Of a stretch of 64,000 bases of DNA, positions 54,001-64,000 are shown in pieces. Where the stretch lies: contig OZ024741.1 in the NCBI GenBank assembly GCA_964016885.1, positions 200,322,001 to 200,386,000 on the forward strand, given 5' to 3'. This stretch comes from Eledone cirrhosa (Eukaryota). Under the pieces are notes generated by a model, which was not told the origin of the DNA, did no database searches, and saw only the letters and a list, made by a program, of their open reading frames with translations. The position numbers were made by a program, and so were the translations under genes. Position 1 is the first letter of the stretch; each line of letters starts with the position of its first letter.

Positions 54001-55146
54001 GAAAGACTGCTATCATGCGACTGCAATCGAGAGTAGAAAGACTGCTGTCATGCGACTGCAATCGAGAGTAGAAAGACTGCTATCATGCGACTGCAATCGA
54101 GAGTAGAAAGACTGCTATCATGCGACTGCAATCGAGAGTAGAAAGACTGCTGTCATGCGACTGCAATCGAGAGTAGAAAGACTGCTATCATGCGACTGCA
54201 ATCGAGAGTAGAAAGACTGCTGTCATGCGACTGCAATCGAGAGTAGAAAGACTGCTATCATGCGACTGCAATCGAGAGTAGAAAGACTGCTGTCATGCGA
54301 CTGCAATCGAGAATAGAAAGACTGCTATCATGCGACTGCAATCGAGAGTAGAAAGACTGCTGTCATGCGACTGCAATCGAGAGTAGAAAGACTGCTATCA
54401 TGCGACTGCAATCGAGAGTAGAAAGACTGCTGTCATGCGACTGCAATCGAGAGTAGAAAGACTGCTATCATGCGACTGCAATCGAGAGTAGAAAGACTGC
54501 TGTCATGCGACTGCAATCGAGAGTAGAAAGACTGCTATCATGCGACTGCAATCGAGAGTAGAAAGACTGCTATCATGCGACTGCAATCGAGAGTAGAAAG
54601 ACTGCTGTCATGCGACTGCAATCGAGAGTAGAAAGACTGCTATCATGCGACTGCAATCGAGAGTAGAAAGACTGCTATCATGCGACTGCAATCGAAAGTA
54701 GAAAAACTGCTTTCTTGGGTGTATTGTTCCCCGTGTGAATGCAATCGGGCGTAGGTAGGAAGACTACTATTTATCTCACTTTCTTTAATGCATGATATTT
54801 ACCTCTGCATTCTAAAGTGTTTGGCCTTAAAGAAGCTGTCCAGTGTTCTCAGATTATAAACTTTAGATGTGATACAGTTTTCCAAATTCTGATTCGTCTA
54901 CCTTTTGCCTCTTCGACGTTCTTATATTGCTAGGTCCATACTGATATGTAACTCTTGCCCAATTCTCTGTCTTTTAGATAAAACTACCACATATTGTTCT
55001 TTGCTATCTTCGCTTTTAATACTGTCATAATTGCTGCTATTGTACTTATTTCCATAACATTGACAGTTAATTTGATTGTCACTGTTGTTATTATTGTTGG
55101 TGCATTTTGTCTTTGTTTATGCATGAAATTTGCCGTCAGCTGTACA
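51062..55146 (-). pseudogene. Putative spliced gene or pseudogene, four exons (55146-54803, 51702-51636, 51496-51445, 51252-51062); product unknown
   Basis: AG/GT boundaries with matching phases 2, 0, 1. The three 3' exons are stop-free up to a terminal TAA. The 5' exon has three in-frame stops. Confidence 0.4.
51776..54711. repeat. Homogeneous 35-bp tandem satellite, about 84 copies
   Basis: Unit TGCGACTGCAATCGAGAGTAGAAAGACTGCT(A/G)TCA; no spacers. Confidence 0.97.
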
Positions 55147-55378
55147 CTACAAATAAATATAGCACATGCTAACTATACAGGGCTCTTACCGCATAAGAAC
55201 AATCTGGAGATATGTTTAAAGAGTTACATTCTAGCATGAAGACTCGATTCACATTCAATGGTCAACTTTTGATGAAATCGTTATAAACATTGAAGCTAAA
55301 CACAACGATATTCTAGCTTATTTTAATTTATTTTTCTAAACGTTTGTGTGCATGTTCGTTTCTCCGCCCCCTTATTTA

Positions 55379-55683
<305 letters not shown>

Positions 55684-55725
55684 TCATATGCACCACCATT
55701 TGCAACGCGCAGCCATCATTATTAT

Positions 55726-55805
<80 letters not shown>

Positions 55806-56198
55806 TTAAGGATACTATTTATGGTTTTGTATATACTAAAACCTTTTATAGTTATATATATTTAAAACCCTAAATAGTGAAAGACAGTAATTTATTACTA
55901 CCTTATTACCAGTAAGATAAATAGCTCAATGTAACAACATCAGTTGTTTTACAGAGCAGTTATATAGAAATTACATGAATCAAAGTTCTGTTTAAATCAT
56001 TTATTTGCTTACAATTGTTTCTTCCAAACCTCGGTTTAATATATATATATATATATTAAAGTGTTAAACGATATTCAATATTAAAATATAAATATTAATA
56101 AAATAGATGTTCTTTTGTCTGATGAGGACGTACTGTTGTACATCCGAATTAATAAAATGTAATTGATCAAAAGAACATCTATTTTATTAATATTTATA

Positions 56199-56273
<75 letters not shown>

Positions 56274-56484
56274 CACAAGAATCAAAGCTATGTTCAAAGC
56301 ATGTTCAAAGCTATGTTCAAATACTTTGAACATAGCTTTGATACTTGTGAATTCTATATAACTGCTCTGTAGAACAACTGATGTTATTACATTGACCTAT
56401 TTATCTTACTGGTAATAAGGTAGTAATAAATTACTGACCTTCCCTGTTTATAGTTTAAAATATACATAACTATAAATAGTATCC

Positions 56485-56492
<8 letters not shown>
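55806..56492. repeat. Nested inverted repeats among (TA)n tracts
   Basis: Outer imperfect IR (about 55806-56000 vs 56320-56492). Inner IRs at 56078-56117/56168-56207 and 56270-56355. Confidence 0.8.
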
Positions 56493-56528
<36 letters not shown>

Positions 56529-56681
56529 GTGAAAGAGTGAAGAATAACAAGGTCGGCTGAACAAAAAGGCTTTTATTTATAGTATTAACAATTGTTTCAT
56601 TGATCAGGTGAGTCTAAAGGCCGCTGATCACTCGAAGTTGCGTCACTCTAACCGGATTACCTAAAACGATAACTTGTTGTC

Positions 56682-56772
<91 letters not shown>

Positions 56773-56775
56773 AAT

Positions 56776-56812
<37 letters not shown>

Positions 56813-56892
56813 CTTAAAAAGGAAAAGAATGACTTCATTTGTAGTTCTAAACAATTTGATTTAATTTTATAATGTTATAATATTATGAGTTA

Positions 56893-57085
56893 GGGCTGTG
56901 GATTGGCAGTATCGGTAGAGGGTCGAACGCCATGCTTTGCAAGCATAGAGTTACGCCCCTTTATGATCTGAGTTCAAATCCCGCCGAGGTTAACTTTGCC
57001 TTTCATTCTTACAGGGTCGATAAAATAAAGTACCAGTAATACACTGGGATAATTGCTGGCCTTGTGCCAAAAGTAGAAACAATTA
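56893..57085 (+). mobile_element. SINE family 1 full copy
   Basis: Head and core as at 31992. Confidence 0.85.
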
Positions 57086-57436
57086 TAATATTACGAGTTG
57101 GTAGATCTAGTAAGTTCTTTGTTAACTACGGTGGGAAGATTTTTAAAGATTCCTGGTTAACTTTCCTAGAGAACTTTCCCGCATTCGTCGGTGGCGATTC
57201 TCCAACTGAGATCAGGCCCTGATCTCAGTTTGACAATCGCCACCGACAGAATCGGTTCGAGCTTACATACCGAGACATATCTGAGGATTTTTCGATTCCA
57301 GAGTTAGGTTCGATCAAGAATAGATCGTTCTTCGAGCCGAAACATATGTAATATGTCATATGTTATTAAATATTTTATGATGCAACACTGACTCTTTGTT
57401 TCTTTATTCTTATAGTATATATATTCATATATATTC

Positions 57437-59445
57437 CGCAACCTCCTCGTCCGCAGCTGCCTACCCTCCCCCGGTTCCCTTCCCTGCTCTATACTCCGCT
57501 GCCACACCTGCCCCCACATTACCAACACCACCACCTTCCAGGGTCCCAACGGCCACTCTCTCTCTGTCCGGCATGCCTTCCGTTGCACCTCCCCCAACCT
57601 CGTCTGTGGATTTCGCTGCACGGAGTGCAGCGCAACCTATGTCGGACAGACCGGACGTCGCCTGGCGGATCGGTTCACAGAGCACCTCCGAGATATTGTT
57701 CTCGGCGGGAGTTCCCCCATCGCCCGCCACTTTGGTTCCCCTGGACACTCCGCCAACAACCTCACCGTCTGGGGCCTGATCGAATGCCATGGGACACCGA
57801 CAACCCGCCTTAGGGCCGAAAAATACACCATCTTCACCCTACAGATCCACCTCCGGCCTGAACTCCCCACCCCTCTTCCTTTAGCCTTCGACTGCCCCCC
57901 CCCTAGTAACACCACTAAAACACTCCCAAGATTCACCGTCCTCTCCCCTTTCCAGCCTCCCCCAACCCACAACTAATAAGACAAACAACCCCACCCCTCC
58001 CCCTATCACACGCGCAACAACACCCTCAACACGCACACATACACCAGTACATATATACACTCACACTATTCACACATTACCACCTACTACCACCACTAAC
58101 CCCCACCCACACATCCACATCCGACCACCCCACCACTAATAATACTAAACACCCTCAACCCACCTTCCCCCTCACCATACACACACACACCAGCATACAT
58201 ACACTCACCCACACCCACGTACACACGGATACACAACCGACTCCACACCCGCACTACCACCACTAGCCCACACCTACATTCAAGCCCCACCCGTATTCGA
58301 CCCCCCACTAATAATACTAACACCCACCCTACCACATACACACTATTACCCAAACACGCACACACACCAGTACATTACACTCATTCATACTGTACCCAGC
58401 ACCTTCTCTCTCTCCCTCCGTACTACCAACACCCCCATTCACATCCTACCAGCACCTGCACTAACATACACACAACCCTCCCCCCACACACACCACCACC
58501 CTCTCCCTCAATTGTTCACACTAACCCATCCTCCTCTCCTGTCCACCGCACCTCCGCACACACAACACACATTCCACACACACATACAGACCATCTCTGC
58601 CCATTACCACTCACCTGTCTGTCATCCCCCTAACCGCTATCTCTTCTCTCTCTCGCATCCTTCGCCCTGCCTTCTCCACCGCCTGCCTTGACCTTCTTGA
58701 CCACTTCCTGTTGCGCGAGTGCCCCAGAACTCTCTACCTCCTCCGCACCATTCCGCGGATCCTACACAACTGGTCACACGCTCCAGACATCCACCTTTGT
58801 ATACTCGGATCTTTTCACCATCTGTCCATACACTCACCGGGAAAACATTCAGGAACACACACACACACAAACACTTACACTATTTTTGCACACACGCAAC
58901 CATACGTTCCCACGTATCCACACCGCACAAAAACACACACACGTGCGTAACCTCACATACACATACTTGGCCTCCGGACTCCGCACGCCTCCTCTCCCCC
59001 ACCCCCGACCCCTCTCCATCCACACGCACACACATATTGACTTACACCCCACCCCATGTACACACTGGTTTTCCTATTACCCGAACATGGAACCTCGTTC
59101 TTCCCCAAACTCTCACACTCATCCACACATACACACACACCACCTTCCGCCCTCTCCGCTCGGACCCCCTGTTTCCTTCCACCTCCCTCCCTCCATCCAC
59201 CCACCACCACCTCTACACGCCTCACACCCTTTCACCACTTGTTTTCATTTTAATTTTTTTTCCTTCCCTTTAACCCCCCTCTTTTTAATGTCTTTCTACC
59301 ACTCCCCCTCACACCCTCGGAAATCTTTTCCTTACCACTTTTCTCCTGGTGAAGGGCTTATGCCCGAAACATCGTCCCTCCCCCCACCCTCAAGCGTGAA
59401 CCGAATACCAACACTGTTTGTACTGCACTCTTCGTTATTGTTTTT
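57437..59445 (+). mobile_element. Penelope-like element 3' part: GIY-YIG endonuclease frame (absent from the ORF track) plus long C/A-rich 3' region
   Basis: Manual translation from 57437: RNLLVRS..CSILRCHTCPHI..FRCTSPNLVCGFRCTECSATYVGQTGRRLADRFTEHLRDI..PIARHF..RLRAEKYTIFTL. Hammerhead-like CTGGTGAAGGGCTTATGCCCGAAAC at 59346-59370. Confidence 0.8.
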
Positions 59446-59447
59446 AA

Positions 59448-59504
<57 letters not shown>

Positions 59505-59580
59505 CGGAGGAAATGTGGTAAGGAACCAGGTGGACCATAATGCACCAAAGTACTCAATACTTAGGGTAGTAGAGTGGGTA

Positions 59581-59679
59581 ATAGGAACGAGTAGGACCCC
59601 GACGGCTGAGCTCAAGCCGTTTCGACGGCTAATTCTGGCTTGAAACGGCTTGAGCTCAGCCGTCGGGGTCCTACTCGTT

Positions 59680-59684
<5 letters not shown>
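59581..59684. repeat. Perfect inverted repeat, 43-bp arms with an 18-nt spacer, abutting (TA)n
   Basis: 59581-59623 vs 59642-59684; homologous to 43577-43630. Confidence 0.9.
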
Positions 59685-59745
<61 letters not shown>

Positions 59746-60348
59746 TGCGTGTGTGTGTGTGTAACAATCTGTAGGTCAAGGAAAACAGTGTTCAATTTCT
59801 TACAAGAGAAGTTATTTAGTATAAACAAAGTTTCACACACTTAACATTTATGTGTGACCATTGGTTTCGGGGTCCAGTTATGGCCATCACTGTATATTGG
59901 AGGAGGCACTTTTAAACTGGCCCTTCATTCGGGCAAGTGGACAGACATATGAAATGGGAAGTGCTTTACCCCGACGAATGTTTCTCCACACATAGTGAAG
60001 ATCCCCATATTTGAAACAAGGGACGTAAATCTGGCTTGAAATCTGTCTGTAGACTAATTTTTGAAGTTTTTAGGGTTCTTTGTTTTTTTATCCCCCGAGA
60101 GACCGAGGGAGGTGACATTTGAATTTATCAGTTATTTTGTAAATAGCTGAAGTAATTAAGGTAAACTATATTAGGTACAAATATAAATAATTATATATAC
60201 ACGCACGTACACACACACATACATATACATATAATAAATTATATACACACATATATATAATAAATTATTAAAGATTTGGAAAAACCATAGACATCTACGC
60301 GCGCACACACATGCGCTCGTACATGTATACTTATATTCACATCCATAT

Positions 60349-60447
<99 letters not shown>

Positions 60448-60449
60448 GA

Positions 60450-61321
60450 TATGAAACGAAAGGTGCTGTGTGGTTACTAAAAACAAGGTTTGGGATCGTG
60501 GTATGGACGGAACAGGAGGAGAAAGGAAGAAAGGAGTTTCCTTCGTCAGCTGTAAATGTTTCCCGATCCGATGTTTCGGCGCTGAATTACAACACATCGG
60601 TGGAGTCAGGTGCGCCCGAGGCCTTTTATTAATCAAAAGGCCAGATGGAAAAGGAGAGAGAAAGAGAGAAAAAAGGAGAGATAAAACGAAAGAGAGGGAA
60701 AGGAGGAAGAACAGAGGGGGAAGGGAAAAGGGGGGAAAATAGAAAAAGAATAGAAGAAAAAAAGTGAACATGTCCCATCATGGGAAGACACAAGTGAAAG
60801 AAACATGCAAAAGAGTAACCGTGAAAAAATAGGGAAAGTAAGTTGTGGCCAACCTGGGAGACTTTAGCCTGGTGGTCAGCTACGACTCAGAGCTGGTATA
60901 ATCGTGCTGTCTCTCACATAGACAGGAGAAAGTGAGAGAGAGACACGAGCAACCAAAAGTGAGGAGGAGAAGGGAAAGGGAGATAATCCATAAGGGTTTT
61001 TTTTACGACGTTGGTAAAAACGTGCCGCAAAGATTGCGAACAGAGAAGCCACCACGGCACGTGTAAACATGTCAACAATCAAAACCGAACGGATGGATAG
61101 AGAGGGGGAGGGAGAGAAAAAAACGAGAGTGAGGAGGAGAAGGGAAGAGAGAAAGTGTGGAGGGAACACGGATCGACTAAAGCAGGTAGGTTCACAGCGG
61201 TAAATACAAAAAAGTTATGAAACGAAAGGAGCTGTGTGGTTACTAAAAACAAGGTTTAGGATGGTGGTTAGGACGGAACAGGAGGAGAAAGGAAGAAAGG
61301 AGTTTCCTTCGTCAGCTGTAA
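60450..61321 (-). mobile_element. Non-coding element bounded by ~105-bp direct repeats (Penelope pLTR-like)
   Basis: 60450-60555 matches 61216-61321. The minus strand carries CTGACGAAGG and GCCGAAAC motifs. Confidence 0.5.
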
Positions 61322-61331
61322 TGTATGTATA

Positions 61332-61604
61332 GTATATTTGATAATATACTGTATGGCAACTGCTCTGTTTAATCAGCTCTTAAACATTACTGGAATTCTA
61401 TAAGAATCCATCTTCTATAATTCTCGGCAGAAGCGAAGGGGTAAGTAGTCTTGATAACCGCCAACGAGCGAGAAACAGGACTGTCGATTACTTCCCTTTG
61501 CTTTTGCCGAGAATAAGTAAGTGACATAGTCACTACTGTAAAATTCATAGCGAATGGTCCTCAAAATGTTTTTAATTAAACACACAGTATATTATCAAAT
61601 ATAC
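61332..61604. mobile_element. Small MITE-like element with 21-bp TIRs and an internal hairpin
   Basis: TIRs GTATATTTGATAATATACTGT / ACAGTATATTATCAAATATAC; inner IR at 61420-61514. Confidence 0.6.
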
Positions 61605-61664
61605 CATAAATACATTCATATATACATCGTTATTTCAGAGCACCAATACTAATATATATATATA

Positions 61665-63270
61665 TTTCGTTTCTGAATTTGTTTAGCAAATTCTTTATCT
61701 GAAAACGTGTGTTGAAACCGATATTGTTATACTTTGGGAGGGTCAATACACGTCAATAAGAAACACACGCACCAGTTGCTTTCACTTCAATTTATTATAA
61801 TCAATTTATAAATTTAAGAATTTATAAATTTCCGGTTGGTTGGTTGGTTCCACAACCAGATGATTGTTTATATATTGTCAAAGTTCTTTCGTCGCACATT
61901 CTGTGACCTCTTCAGTGACTGGGGATTCTTTTCTTTGTTTTTTGTGCCTCTCCTTTGTTCTGTCCTACGCCATCTCGTTTTTGTGTGTGTTGTGTGCTTA
62001 GTTTGCGCATGTGTTACATCCGGGTGTCTGTGTGTGTTTATATTCGTTTATTTATTTGTTTATTTACATCTTACTGGTTGGTTGTTTGTTCTATGTGCGT
62101 GTGTGTTTTCATTTTGTCCTTAATTGTAAGTTGTGATGTTGCTGTTCCACTCATGTTTTCTATTTAATTTTGGTTGTAATTCATTTATGTTTATTGCCTC
62201 TGTGATTTGTCTAAACATTGCGTCTTTTCTGTGTGTAGATTCTATTTTTATTTCTATGTTCTCTAATTTACCCTTATGTTCTATTTTAGCATGTTGGTAG
62301 AGTACAGATGATTCTTTACTATCTTGAAGGTCTCGCCAGTGTTCATTTATCCGTCCCCTATACTACGAGCTGTCTCACCTATGTACACTATATTTTTATC
62401 TCTACATTGTCCTTCAGCACATCTTATGCTATATACTACATTTCTAGTTTTACAGTTAATATGGGGCTTAATTTACAGATTATACATTTCTTATCTATAC
62501 AGAGAGGTCTTTGAAAAGGGTATGTCTTGCTAATAAGTGTTTTTATGGAGGTACCTGGTCTTTCTACTATCTTAATATTGAGTTTATGTTTATCTAGGGC
62601 CCTTCTAAATTTGTAAGCTAATTCTCCTCTAGGGGTTGTATCGATGAACATTACACTCTGGTATTTATTGCTATCATACCATGAGTTTATTCTATTAGCC
62701 TTATTCCTAGTTCTTTCTATTCTATTCCAAAATTTGCTCCTATACAAGGGGCAGGTCCCATTTGTGTCATTATTTACCATTTTTTCCCATTTGGTTCTGG
62801 CTCCTCTATACACTCTGATTTTATCTCTCTGATTGTAACCAGAGAACTGCATACGGTGGATGAAGTGTTGTATGTGTCTCTCTAGTTCTTCGGGGTTGCA
62901 CATGCGGGACACGTTTCTCATCACCCGTACCAAATCCGCAATCAGTATGTTGATTTTGGTATGGTCCGAAACAGCTGAGTTTCGGTGGATCAGATATTTG
63001 GAAGTCATGGGTTTGGCATAATGGGAATGGAGGATTTATTTTTTGTTATTAATGGTATCTAACCAGAGCTCTGTGTCTAGTACAGGTAATCGATGGTTGG
63101 GGTGTTTGCTTGGGTAGTCTATAGTAACTCTAATACTCTGGTGGATGGAGTTAGCTATTTTCTGGATGCTTTCCATTGTGTTTTTCTCCAATTCCTGACT
63201 CTAGTGGGGGTGTTTTAACTACGATGTTTATATCATCAACGTAGCGGGAATACATTATCAGGGTTAAGGG
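61665..63270 (-). mobile_element. Penelope-like element (RT C-terminal half, GIY-YIG, pLTR with hammerhead at 61877-61919)
   Basis: YSRYVDDINIV (about 63220-63255), LPVLDTELW, ORF 62436..63008 and a frameshifted VVYSIRC..YIGETARS. Confidence 0.85.
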
Positions 63271-63749
63271 GTCTTCTCATATATATATATATGTAATATC
63301 TGAGAAAATGGCAAAAATGCGCCTCACTACCTGTAGAAGAAGCTCAAAGAAAGATTCCAAGGAATAAATATGAGCATTTATTATAAAATTAAAAGAGCGA
63401 TTGACATATACTTAGATATATCAAATATTAATAGGAGATAATTTGTAAAGAATGTAAGAACACATAGTTACAAAAGGTAGCATATTAAAATTTAACAAAA
63501 ACTTGAAATATAAATACCTGGCAATAATTATTTAAGTTCAAAAGTCAATTCTGGATCACCAGTGAAGGAGAGAAATCGAACTTACACAGCTGAGACAAGT
63601 CGGGGACTGTCAAAAACGCACATAGAGTTGTGAAAGAACTAGTACGTCTTATCATTGTCCCGGTGACGTGAATAGGTTAATATAGGTTTATTGACAGCTA
63701 GAAATAGTAGCCAAAACCTTTCAATAGTATAAAGCTCTACTATTTAGGA

Positions 63750-63817
<68 letters not shown>

Positions 63818-63821
63818 ATAA

Positions 63822-64000
63822 TTGTTTCTACTTTTGGCACAAGGCCAGCAATTATCCCAGTGTAATACTGGTACATTATTTTATCGACCCCGTAAGGATG
63901 AAAGGCAAAGTTAACCTCGGCGGGATTTGAACTCAGAATGGCAAGGGCCGTAACTATATGCGTCAAAGCATGGCGTCCCACCCTTTACCGATACTGCCAA
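63822..64000 (-). mobile_element. SINE family 1 copy
   Basis: Reverse complement of the family consensus. Confidence 0.85.

Noticed and set aside
51776-54711. CRISPR-like appearance of the 35-bp repeat
   Set aside because: Units are contiguous with no unique spacers, there are no cas genes and the context is eukaryotic.
54994-55239. Hydrophobic 81-aa ORF as a membrane protein
   Set aside because: It is the antisense of an Asn/Ser-rich minus-strand frame, and T-rich codons give spurious hydrophobicity.
58688-59521. 277-aa His/Pro/Thr-rich ORF
   Set aside because: Low-complexity C/A-rich 3' region of the Penelope-like element; scarcity of stops is compositional.

Overview
AT-rich, microsatellite-rich animal genomic DNA. 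The SINE types, (TA)n/(TATG)n load and retroelement mix suggest a coleoid cephalopod, probably Octopus (inference). The only securely identified host gene is ZFYVE1/DFCP1 on the minus strand: coding exons at 6897-7748 and 1630-2134, with the gene continuing off the left edge. Most of the rest is transposon-derived: RTE-clade LINEs, an R4/Dong-like and a CRE-like RLE-type non-LTR element, several Penelope-like relics with minimal hammerhead motifs, mariner, Merlin, piggyBac-like and Helitron relics, two tRNA-headed SINE families and three tandem arrays. Four observations stand out. (1) A cluster at 36.6-50 kb where ~600-bp non-autonomous RTE-derived units, their apparent partner LINE and an R4/Dong-like element all sit in, and regenerate, (ATGT)n tracts, forming head-to-tail chains. 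(2) Recurrent sequence-unrelated fold-back micro-insertions in (TA)n tracts, at least one traceable to a Penelope 3' end. (3) Several minimal hammerhead ribozyme motifs. (4) A phase-consistent cryptic four-exon gene or pseudogene at 51062-55146 that the ORF track misses. All calls were made by eye, without database searches; repeat boundaries are approximate.
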